In this document: one piece after another, positions 1 to 13,418 of the stretch
How the letters are laid out: every line of letters begins with the position of its first letter
How positions within the stretch are numbered: position 1 is the first letter of the stretch
Assembly (NCBI RefSeq): GCF_044704955.1
Contig: NC_091984.1
Coordinates: forward strand, 144,212,001 to 144,276,000
Origin: Pristiophorus japonicus
Lineage: Eukaryota
Length of the DNA: 64,000 nucleotides
Reading direction: 5' to 3'
Program-made: the position numbers and the translations under genes
Notes under the pieces: model-generated
Database searches by the model: none
Told to the model about the DNA's origin: nothing
The model's input: only the letters and a program-made list of their open reading frames with translations

Positions 1-540
1 CCTTATGTAAGGAGGGATATGTTTGCATTGGAGGCAGTTCAGAGAAGGTTCACAAGGTTGATTCCTGAAATGAAGGGGTTGACTTATGTAAAAAGATTGA
101 GCAGGTTGGGCCTATACTCATTGGAGTTTTGAAGAATGAGAGGTGATCGTATTGAAACATATAAGATTCTGAGGGGGCTTGACAAGGTGGATGCAGAGAG
201 GATGTTTCCGCTCGTGAGGGAATCTAGAACTAGGGCGCATAGTTTCAGAATAAGGGGCCGCCCATTTAAAACTGAGATGTAGAGGAATTTCGTCTCTGAG
301 GGTTGCAAATCTGTGGAATTCTCTGCCCCAGAGAGCTGTGGAGGCTGGGTCCTTGAATATATTTAAGGTGGAGATAGACAGATTTTTGAACGATAAGGCA
401 GTAAAGGGTTATGGGGAATGGGGAGGGAATTGGAGCCGAGCACAGGATCAGATCAGCCATGATCTTATTGAATGGAGGAGCAGGCTCCAGGGGCCAAATG
501 GCCTAGTCCTGCTCCTATTTCTTAAGTTCTTATGTTTCTT
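1..540 (+). mobile_element. CR1-clade LINE, 3' end
   Basis: RT C-terminal remnant (RGHSFRIRG...FFSLRVANLWNSLP-type sequence), CR1 3' UTR and (TTCTTATG)-type tail near 526-540. Confidence 0.85.
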
Positions 541-814
541 TCGCCTAGAATTCCATTGGTGTCTGTCACCGGTTATGGGGAGTGGGCGGGGAAGTGGAGT
601 TGAGGCCAAGATCAGATCAGCCATGATCTTATTGAATGGTGGACCAGCTCGAGGGGCCGTATGGCCCACTCCTGCTCCTATTCCATATGTTCTTGTGTAT
701 GAGTCCTGATTGCTAGAGATTGTTGGTAGTGGGTGATGGGGGTGTGGTGCATTGAGCAATGTGTGAGACTAGTGGTGCAGTTGGCGGGACACGGCATTTG
801 AAGATGAATTCACC

Positions 815-1035
815 GACCTTGACCACTCTCGTGAGGTCATTGAATATTTGGCGGCACTGCATCCCGGTCCTCGGATCCTGGTCTCACTGCCTTCGAAACG
901 TTTGTCTGGTGGAGCCTCCTCGCCCCCTGTGGGTAGAGAACATCTTTCCCCCTCTGCACCTCCTTCCCCAAGGCCTCCAGTGCAGCGCTGGAGGATCTTG
1001 GAGCCGGCTCTCTCCCCTGTTGTGTCATCAGTACG
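815..1035 (-). mobile_element. Degenerate Myb/SANT-like DNA-binding fragment, probably from a PIF/Harbinger transposon
   Basis: Minus-strand APRSSSAALEALGKEVQRGKDVLYP followed in another frame by RMQCRQIFNDLTRVVK; resembles the Harbinger-associated Myb/SANT domain; frameshifted. Confidence 0.5.
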
Positions 1036-1869
1036 TCTTGGTCCAGGTCAGAATGTCTTCCACAGCTACTTCCAGCACCTGCTCCAGACACATTTCACTT
1101 GTCCATCAAGAGGTGCAGGCCAGCTTTAACTGGTGCCAGCCTCACACAACCTTGGGCCCCGGGCAGTGAGGCCTGTAGCCACTCAACAGCACAGTTAGTG
1201 CTGGGTGCACGCACCAATCATGTAGGTTAGCAGGCAGCACAACTTTGGCCTGCTGCCTGCATCGGGAGCTACGGGCGTGGGTTAATCCCGCATCATGATC
1301 CTCGCGCCCATTTGCAGGGCCTATCGAATTTATTCCCCATAGAGTCCGTGATCATAGAGATTCTGCGCCGTGTGCAGGAGGGGATTCAATGGGTTGGAGA
1401 GTCCATGATAGGGTGGGTGTACATGGTGTGTGGGAGGCGATTCAATGAGCTAATGGGTAAAAAGCCTTTTCTCATTCCAGGTATATGATATTCTGAAGGA
1501 AAATAAAACATGGGAGCATTCAGCTCGCTTCCCCGTGACATTGGTAATTACGGTTGGGTGAAAGAAAGAAAGAGACAGACTTGCATTGAGATAGTGCCTT
1601 TCACATCCTCAGGATGACAAATCACTTTACAGCCAATGAAGTACTTTTTGAAGTGTAGTCACTGTTGTAATGTAGGAAACGTGGCAGCCAATTTGCGCAC
1701 AGCAAGCTCCCACAAACAGCAATATGATAATGTGCTGATAATCTGTTTCAGTGATGATGGTTGAGGGTGAAAGAGGAAAGTGTGTCCTATTCTCCTGAAC
1801 TGTCATCCCATGGGTTTTTTATTAATTCATGGAATGTGGGCGTTGTTGGCAAGGCCGGCATTTATTATA

Positions 1870-2320
1870 AGAACATAAGAAATAGGAGCAGGAGTAGGTC
1901 ATTTGGCCCCTTGAGCCTGCTCCGCCATTTAATAAGATCATGGCTGATCTGATCATGGATTCAGCTCCACTTCACTGCCCGCTTCCCAGAACCTTTTCTT
2001 CCCTTATCGCTCAAAAATCTGTCCATCTTCGCCTTAAATATATTCAATGACCCAGTCTCCACAGCTCTCTGGGGCAGAGAATTCCATCGATTTACAACCC
2101 TCTGAGAGAAGAAATTCCTCCTCATCTCAGTTTTAAATGGGCAGCCCCTTATTCTGAGACTATGCCTCTTAATTTTAGTTTCCCCTATGAGTGGAAATAT
2201 CCTCTCTGCATCCACCTTGTCGAGCCCCCTCATTATCTTATATCTTTCGATAAGATCACCTCTCATTCTTCTGAATTCCAATGACGATAGGCCCAACCTA
2301 CCCAACCTATCTTCATAATT
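1870..2320 (-). mobile_element. CR1-clade LINE 3' fragment
   Basis: ORF 1961-2323 (YEDRLGRLGL...RGDLIE...NFFSQRVVN) and tail. Confidence 0.85.
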
Positions 2321-2574
2321 CAACTCTCTTATCCCTAATTGCCCTTGAGAAGGTGGTGGTGAGCCACATTCTTGAACTGCTGCAGTCCTTGTGGTGAAGG
2401 TATTCCCACAGTGCTGTTATTGAGGGAGTTCCAGGATTTTGATCCCGTGACAATGAAGGAACGAATATATTTTTCCAAGTCAGGATGGCGTGCGACTTGG
2501 AGGGGAACATGGAGGTGGCGGTGTTCCCATGCGCTGGCAGCCCTTGGCCTTCTCAGAGGTAGAGGTCATGGGTA

Positions 2575-4185
2575 AAAGTAGTAATCTCAGGATTGCTACC
2601 AGTGCCACGTGATAGTCAGAGTAGGAATCGCAGGATAGCGCAGATGAATACGAGGCTTGAGCAGTGGTGCAGCAGGGAGGGATTCAAATTCCTGGGGCAT
2701 TGGAACCAGTTCTGGGGGAGGTGGGACCAGTACAAACCGGACGGTCTGCACCTGGGCAGGACCGGAACCAATGTCCTAGGGGGAGTGTTTGCTCGTGCTG
2801 TTGGGGAGGATTTAAACTAATATGGCAGGGGGATGGGAACCAATGGAGGGAGACAGAGGGAAACAAAAAGGAGGCAAAAGCAAAAGACAGAAATGAGATG
2901 AGGAAAAGTGGAGGGCAGAGAAACCCAAGGCAAAGAACAAAAAGGGCCACTGTACAGCAAAATTCTAAAAGGACAAAGGGTTTTAAAAAAACAAGCCTGA
3001 AGGCTTTGTGTCTTAATGCAAGGAGTATCCGCAATAAGGTGGATGAATTAACTGTGCAAATAGATGTTAACAAATCTGATGTGATTGGGATTACGGAGAC
3101 GTGGCTCCAGGATGATCAGGGCTGGGAACTCAACATCCAGGGGTATTCAACATTCAGGAAAGATAGAATAAAAGGAAAAGGAGGTGGGGTAGCATTGCTG
3201 GTTAAGGAGCAAATTAAGGCAATAGTGCGGAAGGACATTAGCTTGGATGATGTGGAATCTACATGGGTAGAGCTGCAGAATACCAAAGGGCAAAAAACGT
3301 TAGTGGGAGTTGTGTACAGACCTCCAAACAGTAGTAGTGATGTTGGGGAGGGCATCAAACATGAAATTAGGGGTGTGTGCAATAAAGGTGCAGCAGTTAT
3401 AATGGGTGACTTTAATATGCACATAGATTGGGTTAACGAAGCTGGAAGCAATACGGTGGAGGAGGATTTCCTGGAGTGCATAAGGGATGGTTTTTTAGAC
3501 CAATATGTCGAGGAACCAACTAGGGGGGAGGCCATCTTAGACTGGGTGTTGTGTAATGAGAGAGGATTAATTAGCAATCTCGTTGTGCGAGGCCCCTTGG
3601 GGAAGAGTGACCATAATATGGTGGAATTCTGCATTAGGATGGAGAATGAAACAGTTAATTCAGAGACCATGGTCCAGAACTTAAAGAAGGGTAACTTTGA
3701 AGGTATGAGGCGTGAATTGGCTAGGATAGATTGGCGAATGATACTGAAGGGGTTGACTGTGGATGGGCAATGGCAGACATTTAGAGACCGCATGGATGAA
3801 CTACAACAATTGTACATTCCTGTCTGGCGTAAAAATAAAAAAGGGAAGGTGGCTCAACCGTGGCTATCAAGGGAAATCAGGGATAGTATTAAAGCCAAGG
3901 AAGTGGCATACAAATTGGCCAGAAATAGCAGTGAACCCCTTGGACTGGGAGAAATTTAGAACTCAGCAGAGGAGGACAAAGGGTTTGATTAGAGCAGGGA
4001 AAATGGAGTATGAGAAGAAGCTTGCAGGGAACATTAAGACAGATTGCAAAAGTTTCTATAGATATGTAAAGAGAAAAAGGTTGGTAAAGACAAACGTCGG
4101 TCCCCTTCAGTCAGAATCAGGGGAAGTCATAACGGGGAACAAAGAAATGGCGGACCAATTGAACAAGTACTTTGGTTCGGTATTC
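2575..4185 (+). mobile_element. CR1-clade LINE: ORF1 SGNH-esterase C-terminus plus ORF2 AP-endonuclease region
   Basis: ORF1 ...WGRWDQYKPDGLHL...; ORF2 LNARSI, ITETW, VYRPP, GDFN, SDH motifs; frameshift near 3940; nearly identical to copies at 24515-27210 and 61850-64000. Confidence 0.92.
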
Positions 4186-4695
4186 TCTCTTGTTGGAAGA
4201 ATGCTCATTGCCTGGCACTTGTGTGGCGTGAATGTTACTACCAAGCTTGAATGTTGTCGAGGTCTTGCTGCATGCGGGCACGGACTGCTTCATTATCTGA
4301 GGAGGATTAATTAAGGAACGCCAAAATGGATTTGTTCAACGCAAATTGTGTTTAACTAAATTGATTGAGTTATTTGACGAGGTATCATAGAGGGTTGATG
4401 AGGGAAATGCTGTTGACGTATTCCAAAAGGCGTTTGATAAAGTGCCACATAATAGGCTTGCCAGCAAAGTTGGAGCCCATGGAATGGGGAATGGTAGCAT
4501 AGTGGTAATGTTACTGGCTAGTAATCCAGAGACCTGGACCAATAATCCACAGACATAAGTTTAAATCCCATCATAGCAGCTGGCAAATTTAAGTTCAGTT
4601 AATTAAATAAATCTACAATAAAAAAAAGCTAGTGTTAATAATGGTGACTATGTGGTTAACACTTAACTACCCTGTGAAATGGCCCAGTGAGTCAC

Positions 4696-5321
4696 TGTAA
4701 GATGTGTGGATTTACCCCTCACCCCATCCAACAGTTTATAGAGTTTGGACCTGTGGAACAGACAGCTCAAGACAAAGATTTCTGGAATAAGTTATTTTTA
4801 CTCAAAATCAACAAGAGATTACGAGTAAGCTTCTCATAGTACTTTTACACAGAGTAATCCCGGATTATAAATAAACCTCTAATAGTACTGTTACACACAG
4901 TAATTCCAGATTATAAATAAACAACTTCTGTTACACACGTTCGTAGCCCTTTTTATAACCCAAAACTGGGCAGTCCCTCAGTGTGTCTGTGTCCCATTCG
5001 ATGGGAGTAATGGCCGTAGATGTTCTTCTCTTCTCCTGATCAACCAACTAGACAGTTAATCAGTGGGCCTCAAAACTGGAGACTTCATGTGTGCTGATGT
5101 TCCTGTTTCTGAGTCTGTTCTCGCAAAGCTCTCATGGTCTGAAGGCCACTATTTCCCTTACCTGTGAAACACAGCTTTCGAAGTAGCTCAACCACAGGAC
5201 AGCTTGCAGTGTTCAGCAGCTTTAATGGACATTTGTGCAGCAGAAAGTCCTGTTGACCTCACGAGGCATGCTGGTACATAAAATCTGGTCAAGTTACAGC
5301 AAACTTGTACAAAATCTTACC
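4696..5321 (-). mobile_element. Probable solo LTR inserted in an older repeat
   Basis: Termini TGTAAGAT...ATCTTAC(C), imperfect 4-bp flanks TCAC/CCAC, minus-strand TATAAAAA near 4951-4958, no coding capacity. Confidence 0.45.
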
Positions 5322-5449
5322 CCACTCAGTTGTACAAACCGCTATTAAAAAAAGGAACAGCGGTTCTTCTCAAGGGCAATTAGGGATGGGCAATAAATGC
5401 TGGCCTTGCCAGTGACATCCACATCCCAGAAACAAATAAAACAAATAAA

Positions 5450-6915
5450 CGGGACAGTGGCAGCATGGATACGAAATTGGCCAAGTGACAGGAAACGGAG
5501 AGTAGTGGTGAACGGTTGTTTTTCGGACTGAAGAAGGTATACAGAGGTGTTCCCCAGGGGTGGTAATGGGACCACTGCTTTTCTTGGTGTATATTAATGA
5601 CTCGGATGTGAGTACACAGGGTGCAATTTCAAAATTTGCAGATGACACAAAACTTGGAAGTACAGGTTGTACCTCCCTTATCCAGAAATCCCTTATCCGG
5701 TACCATCCCTCGCCAGACCCATTCCCGTCCATTCCAACATGAACAAATTGAAGAAATTTAAGTCCTTCCTTGCTGCCGAGTCTCACAATCACTGGCCTGA
5801 CCCCGTGATCCACCGTAACCCCCCCCCGCCCCCATGATCTTTCTGCCGCACTCCCAGCCCCAAGCCAGCCAGCCCCGATATCCCCTTGCTCAGTACCTGC
5901 ACCATCCAATTTAACGTGACCAACCCTCGTCCAGAAAAATCCCTTATCCAGCGATTGCGAGACTCGGCAGCAAGGAAGGACTTCAATTTCTTCAATTTGT
6001 TCATGTCGGATTGGACGGGAATGGCTCTAGCGAGGGGTGGTTCCAGATAAGGGATTTCTGGATAAGGGAGATACAACCTGTACTTCCAAGTTTTGTGTCA
6101 TCTGCAAATTTTGAAATTGCACCCTGTGTACTCACATCCGAGTCAGGTCGCGAGAGTTCTGGATAACGGAGGTTCAACCTGTAAGTGATCAGTGAGGAGG
6201 ATAGTGATCGGCTTCAAAACATAGACAGGCTGGTGGAATGGGCATTGACGTGGCGATGAAATTTAACACAAAAAAGTGCAAAGTGATACATTTTGGCAGA
6301 AAGAATGATGAGAGGAAATATAAACTAAAGATTACAATCCTAAAGGGGGTACATGAACATTGAGACCTGGAGGTATATGTGCACACGTCATTGAATGTGG
6401 CAGGGCAAGTTGACCAAACGATTTCAAGAAAGCATACGGGATCCTGGGTTTCATAAATAGAGGCATCGAGTACAAAAGTGTGGAAATTATGATGAACTTG
6501 TATAAAACACTGGTTTGGCCTCAACTGGAGTATTGTGTCCAAGGGGGTGAAAACCTTGGAGAGGGTGCAGGGGGGATTTACAAGAGTGGTTCCAGGGATG
6601 AGGGACTTCAGTTACATTGATAGATGGGAGAAGCTGGGATTGTTCTCCTTGGAGCAGAGAAGGTTGAGAGGAGATTTGATTGAGGTGTTCAAATCATGAG
6701 GGGTATGGACAGAGTAGATAGAGAGAAACTGTTCCCATTGGCGGAAGGGTCGAGAACCAGAGGACACAGATTTAAGGTGATTTTGTAGAAGAACCAAAGG
6801 CGACATGAGGGAAAACTTTTTTACGCAGCGAGTGGCTAGGATCTGGAATGCTCTGCCTGAAAGGGTGGTGGAGGCAGACTCAATCATGGCTTACAAAAAG
6901 GGAATTGGATAAGTA
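5450..6915 (+). mobile_element. Older CR1-clade LINE RT/3' region (interrupted by the MITE)
   Basis: GPLLFLVYIND...SKFADDTKLG, then KCKVIHFG, RPQLEYCVQ, RGDLIEVFK remnants. Confidence 0.8.
5664..6181. mobile_element. Tc1/mariner (Tigger-like) MITE inserted at TA in a CR1, with internal inverted duplication
   Basis: TA-CAGGTTG...CAACCTG-TA ends; CR1 RT (KFADDTKLG) resumes after it. Confidence 0.65.
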
Positions 6916-6917
6916 AA

Positions 6918-8369
6918 CATAGAAACATAGAAAATGGTGCAGGAGTAGGCCATTCGGCTCTTTGAGCCTGCACCACCATTCAATAAGATCATGGCTGATC
7001 ATTCACCTCAGTACCACTTTCCAGTTTTCTCTCCATACCCCTTGATTCCCTTAGCCATAACGGCCACATCTAACTCCCTCCTGAATATATCCAATGAACT
7101 GGCATGAACAACTCTCTGCGGTAGGGAATTCCACAGGTTAACAACTCTCTGAGTGAAGAGGTTTCTCCTCATCGCAGTCCTAAATGGCTTACCCCTTATC
7201 CTTAGGATATGTCCCCTCGTTCTGGACTTCCCCAACATCAGGAACATTTTTCCTGCATCTAACCTGTCGAGTCCCGTCAGAATTTTATATGTTTCCATGA
7301 GATCCCCTCTCATCCTTGTAGCTCCAGTGAATTCAGGCCCAGTCTCTCCTCATATGTCAGTTCTGCCTTCTCGGGAATCAGTCTGGTGAACCTTTGCTGC
7401 ACTCTCTCATTAGCAAGAATGTCCTTCCTCAGATTAGGAGACCAAAACTGAACACAATATTACAGGTGAGGCCTCACTAAGGCCCTGTATAACTGCAGTA
7501 AGACCCCCCTGCTCCTATACTCAAATCCCCTAGCTATGAAGGCCAACATACCATTTGCCTTTTTCCCCCCCTGCTGTACCTGCATGCCAACTTTCAAAGA
7601 CTGATGTACCATGACACCCAGGTCCCGTTGCATCTCCCCTTTTCCTAATCTGCTGCCATTCAGATAATATTCTGCCTTCGTGTTTTTGCCACCAAAATGG
7701 ATAACCTCACATTTATCCACATTATACTGCATCTGCCATGCGTTTGCCCACTCACCTAACCTGTCCAAGTCACCCTGCAGCCTCATAGCGCCCTCCTCAC
7801 AACTCACACCGCCACAGAGCTGAGTGTCATATGCAAATTTGGAGATATTACACTCAATTCCTTCATCTAAATCATTAATATATATTGTAAATAGCTGGGA
7901 TCCCAGCATTGAGCCCTGCGGCACCCCATTAGTCACTGCCTGCCATTCTGAAAAGGACCCTTTTATCCCAACTCTCTGCTTCCTGTCTGCCAACCAGTTC
8001 TCTATCCACGTCAGTACATTACCCCCAATACCATGTGCTTTAATTTTGCACACCAATCTCTTGTGTGGGACCTTGTCAAAAGCCTTTTGGAAGTCCAAAT
8101 ACACCAAATCCACTGGTTCTCCACTCAACTAGTTACATCCTCAAAAAATTCAGGAAGATTTGTCAAGCATGATTTCCCTTTCATAAATTGATGCTGACTT
8201 GGACCGATCCTGTCACTGCTTTCCAAATGCGCTGCTATTTCATCTTTAATAATTGATTCCAACATTTTCCCCACTACTGATGTCAGGCTAACCGGTCTAT
8301 AATTACCCGTTTTCTCTCTCGCTCCTTTCTGAAAAAGTGGTGTTACATTAGCTACCCTCCAGTCCATAG
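6918..8369 (-). mobile_element. CR1-clade LINE RT and 3' end
   Basis: ORFs 7460-8128 (YLDFQKAFDKVPH, GVPQGS) and 7008-7313; (TTTCTATG)n tail. Confidence 0.9.
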
Positions 8370-10076
8370 GATGCTCTCAGTCGGCTACCATTGCCCACCA
8401 CAGGGGTGGAAATGGCGCAGCCTGCAAACTTGTTGATGGTGGCACAGCCCGCAGACTTGTTGATGGTCATGAAAGCATTTGAAAATGATAACTCACCTGT
8501 CACGGCCCGCCAGATTAGGACTTGGACCTGCCAAGATCCTCTGCTGTCCCGAGTAAAAAACTGTACTGCATGGGAGCTCGGCCAGCATTCCCGTTGAAAT
8601 GCAAGACCTAATCAAGCCGTTCCAGCAGCGAAAGGACGAGCTGTCCATTCAGGCAGACTGCCTGTTGTGGGGTAACCATGTAGTGCTACCCAAAAAGGGC
8701 AGGGAGATGTTCATCTCAGATCTCCACAGCACACACCCGGATATAGTAATGATGAAAGCGATAGCCAGATCCCACATGTGGTGGCCCGGTATCGACTCTG
8801 ACTTGGAGTCCTGTGTACGGCAATGCAGCATGTGTGCTCAGTTGAGCAACGCGCCCAGAGAGGCACAACTAAGTTTGTGGTCCTGGCCCTCCAGACCATG
8901 GTCGAGGATCCATGTCGACTATGTGGGCCCGTTTTTCGGTAAAATGTTCCTGGTGGTGGTGGATGCTTTTTCAAAATGGATTGAATGTGAAATAATGTCG
9001 GGAAGCACCGCCACCGCCACCATTGACAGCCTGAGGGCCATGTTTGCCACCCACGGCCTGCCTGACATACTGGTCAGTGACAACGAGCCATGTTTCACCA
9101 GTGCGAATTTAAAGAATTCATGACCCGCAATGGGATCAAACATGTCACTTCAGTCCCATTTAAACCAGCCTCCAATTGGCAGGCAGAGCAGACAGTACAA
9201 ACAATCAAACAGAGCCTTAAACGAGTCACAGAAGGCTCACTCCAAATCCACCTGTCCCGAGTACTGCTCAGCTACCGCACGAGGCCCCACTCGTTCACAG
9301 GAAAAGGACACTTAAAACCAGACTCTCGCTGGTCCAACCTGCATGATCAGGTAGTGGGCAGGCGGCAGCAACCAAATGTAAACGATGGTCGCGCCACTGT
9401 GTCACGGGAAATTGATCTGAATGACCCTATGTATGTGCTAAACTATGGACATGATCCCAAGTGGATCGTGAGCACGATGATAGCTAAAGAAGGGAATAGG
9501 GTGTTTGTAGTCAAACTAGACAATGGACAAATTTGCAGAAAGCACCTGGACCAAACGAGGCTGCAGTTCACAGACTGCCCTGAACAACCCACAGCAGACA
9601 CCACCTTTTTTGAGCCCACAACATACACCCAAAAGATCAACGACACCACCCCGTACCAAGAAATTGAACCCATCATGCCCAAGAGCCCAGCAAGACCAGG
9701 CTCACCCAGCAACCCTGCAGGGCCAATAACACACCAGCCCAGCGAGGGCACAGCCAACGCACCAGAACAGACATTTGTACCGAGGCGTTCCACCAGGGAA
9801 AGAAAGGCTCCCGACCGCCTCAACTTGTAAATAGTTTTCATTTTGACTTTGCGGGGGAGTGATGTTGTGTATCTGTAAAGTATGCACTCCCATGTTCCGC
9901 CACCAGGGAGCGCATCCCCTGAAGTCCCAAGGGATCCATCCCAGCATCCCTTGGGAGCACTGTATAAAAACCGGCCCCTCAGGCCTGTTCCTTTCTCTGA
10001 GTGTCTTAATAAAGACTGAGGTCATTGTTACTTTAACCTCCCTGTGTGCAGTCTCATCTGTGTTAGGAACACAATA
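8370..10076 (+). mobile_element. 5'-truncated Gypsy (Mag/K02A2.6-like) LTR retrotransposon: integrase, PPT and 3' LTR (9863-10076)
   Basis: DALSRLP, HHCC zinc finger (LHSTHP...CSMC), RIHVDY, VSDNEP, RRSTRERKAPDRL; PPT GCGGGGGAGTGA; LTR starting TGTTG with TATAAAA and AATAAA. Confidence 0.88.
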
Positions 10077-11430
10077 AATACGTGGCTGGAGAGCTGGTGC
10101 AGGAGGGATGGGCTTTAGATTCCTGAGGCATTGGGACCATTTCTGGCGGAGGTGGGACCTGGACAAACCGGACGGGTTGCACCTCAACAGAGCCGGGACC
10201 AATATCCTCGTGGGGGGGCGGGGGACGGGGGGTGGTTGCCAGTGCTGTTGGGGACTTGGCAGGGAGACGGGAACCGGAGAATAGATTCAGTGGGGAGAGA
10301 AGTAAAGCTGAGATTGGGCAGCAGAGAAGTAGAAAGTGAATTTGGAAGACAGAGGAAACAAGGGCTGGAAAATAGAAAACAAGCGAGTTTGGTAACACTG
10401 AATGGTATATACTTCAATGCAAGGAGTATAGGGAATAAGGCAGATGAGCTGAGAGCACAGATAGACACTTGGGAGTCCGATATTATAGCTATTACTGAGA
10501 CATGGCTGAAAGAAGGGCAGGTATGGCAGCTCAACATTCCTGGTTACAGGGTTTTCAGACGGATAGAAAGGGGGTAAAAAAGGAGGGGATCGCAGTATTA
10601 ATTAAAGAAACAATTACTGCTGTGAGAAGGGATGATATGTTAGAGGGGTCATCAAAGGAGGCCATATAGGTTTAATTGAAGAACACAAAAGAGGCGATCA
10701 CACTACTGGGAGAGTACTATAGACCCCCAAACAATCCAAGGGAGATAGAAGAACAAATATTTGGGCAAATTGCTGCGAAGTACTAAAACTATAGAGCTGT
10801 AATAGTGGGGAATTTCAACTACCCGACTATTAACTGGAGAAAAAGTCGTGTGAATGGTACAGAATTCTTAAAATGCATTCCGGAGAACTTCTTTAGCCAG
10901 TATGTAACAATCCACCAGGCAGCGGGCGGTCGAGGGGGTCATTCAGCCCAACTGCCTGCCTCTCTTCCGCGGTTACATTCGAGCCAGAGTGTCCCTGGAG
11001 ATGGAGCACGCAGTGTCCAGCGGTACGCTCGCGGCCTTCCACGAGACGTGGGCACCGGAGGGACTGGAGTGTGTCATCACCCCCAGCAACCAAATTTTCA
11101 TTTTTAAGAAGGGGGCACTTAATTCATCGTTTCTTCAAAATAGTTGTAACAAGTCCAACAAGGGAGGGGGTGGTTCTGGACTTGGTTTTGGGGAATGAAG
11201 AGGTGCAGGTGGAAGGGGTATCAGTGGGAGAGCATTTTGGTGCTGGTGATCAGAATTCAGTTAGATTTCGGGTAGTTATGGAAAAGGACAAAGATAGGCA
11301 TGGAATAAAAGTTCTCAATTGGGGAAAAGCCAATTTTGCTCAGCTGTGATGAGATTTGGCCGAAGTGGACTGGAAACGGCTACTTGATGGTAAATCAGTG
11401 TCAGAGCAGTGGGAGGCATTCATGGAGGAT
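10077..11430 (+). mobile_element. CR1-clade LINE ORF1 end/endonuclease, interrupted by a Tx1-like fragment (~10910-11110)
   Basis: DGLHL, FNARSIGNK, ITETW; the insert encodes CLPLFRGYIRARVSLEMEHAVS...WAPEG, typical of L1-Tx1 ORF2 C-termini. Confidence 0.7.
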
Positions 11431-13418
11431 ACCTCTACCACCTTTTCAGGCAGTGAGTTCCAGACCCCCAACATCTTCTGGGTGAAGTAATTTCCCCTCA
11501 AATCTCCTCTATAACTCTCCACAATTACTTTAAATCTATGCCCCCTGGTTTTTGACCCCTCTGCCAAGGAACAGAGGTCTGTCTTATCCACTCTATCCAG
11601 GCCCCTCATAATTTTATACACCTCAATCAAGTCTCCCCTCAGCCTTCTCTGTACCAAAGTAAACAACCCCAGCCTATCCAATCTTTCCGCATAGTTAAAT
11701 TTCTTCAGTCCAGGCAACATCCTCGTAAATCTCCTCTGTACCCTCGGTTTAATGTCTCATCCGAAGAAAGCGTACTGTTAATTAAACACAAAAGGCAAGA
11801 ACTTTGAAGTGGTGGGAATACTTGTAGAATTTACCAATATTTCACAAAGATTCCTTGTACCTTTCGCCCGCAGAGGAGAAAAATCCCTTTCTGGACTTTT
11901 AAAATAGATGGAAAAACCTTGGGAAACAAATGAGTTTAAAGGGCAGATGAGGCATGCAGGGGATAAAAGGGGATGCATTCATGGAGACCCCTGCCCCCCA
12001 CCCGCCCCCCCAGTGTTTGGACTCATAGGAAAGGGAATTTAATTTGGAAATCGATGACGATTTTGGTATCCTCGAAAAAATCTCTGAGGAAGATAGCTAA
12101 GAGCTTTACAAGTATAAGATCTCTAAAGGAGCATGTTGGAAGAGACTGCCAGAACAGAGGGTGGGGGACTGAACTCAGGAATTGGGTATTTAATTTGTCT
12201 GGGAGAATGAGTTGATCGATAACTAACAAGAACTGTGAGACATAAATATTCACTCCCTAGTGAGAATAAACACATCAAGAGCTATCAGGCTAATCACCGG
12301 AGACCATTATTGGTATGCATGAGCAAATAGACCGATAGAATTCACAGGCCCAGCCCAACGGCCCAAGAATTTAAACAATGCCAACCGGTGATTTTCCACA
12401 TTACCACATCATAATCAAATTACTGCTGAACAAGCCCGACAAATTCTGACAAAGAAGAGAGCTCAAAACTAATGAGTAGCTCCCTTGAAACAAAAAGCTG
12501 GGCCAGATTTGGTGGGAGGGAAGGAAGCCTTTTTGGGGTATATCTATTCCCAGTTTTACAAGGAAAAGAACACAAGCAGCAGGCGGTGGGGAGTGAAGAA
12601 ATGGAGTAGTGGAGAAATCTACAAGAAATCATCCAGGACCGACCGAGCACGAGGCCCATGAAATGGAAGGTTGTCAGCAACCAAATTGACAACCCAAGTC
12701 ACCACAACCAGCGAAATGACCAACCGAAACCAACTCAGCAAAAACCGAAGAATCGACATTTATTTCTACTCTACAATCTAATTCTGAATGACCAACGGGT
12801 GAGAAATTGCCTAAAAGGACTAACTAAAACTATTCCTAACCAAAGAAAGTGGGCACTTACCCCACACATCCAAAACGAGACTTACCGCATCTTCGGACTC
12901 ACCCCAACTGAAGACTATGCAGTCGGAAGTGCTCTCCTCCGTCCGGAGTTTGGCCCACACCCCAAAAACGCAATTCACCGGCAACTGTCAAAAGGGATTG
13001 GTGAGCATTGCTCCTGAACCCCCAGAGCTATAACTTAGTAAGTTCGGCGAATTGGGAGGGGGAGGCTGGGATAACTTGTGTGCATGTATCTACATTCTCC
13101 TCTTTACCCCATTTAGAGTTTAAGCGATATTTTTTTCCCAACAGGCCGTATGTTGACAATTTATTCAATGTGTTGTACCTCTCAGGGTGTATTGGTATTA
13201 CTATTCTGTGTGTGTTATTAAAGGTGTGCCCTTTTACTTCCTTTAAGACACAATAAAGCCGTACCTGCTTTCTACCTTGAAACCGATTGTCTGTTCAAGT
13301 CTGTCACAGTCCCTTCATAATTCCAGAGTCTTGAACCAAAGGTATGGGAGCGATTCAAAACCGTTCTATAAGGTCAGAAGGGAAAGCTGACACCCCACCG
13401 AAAACCACCCCTTACATA

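Noticed and set aside
3116-3817. 233-aa antisense ORF (and its twin at 26601-27221)
   Set aside because: Shadow frame of the CR1 endonuclease region
8370-8400. Gypsy fragment starts at the same DALSRLP motif where the ERV inserted in another Gypsy copy (32590)
   Set aside because: No ERV sequence or TSD at 8370; treated as coincidence
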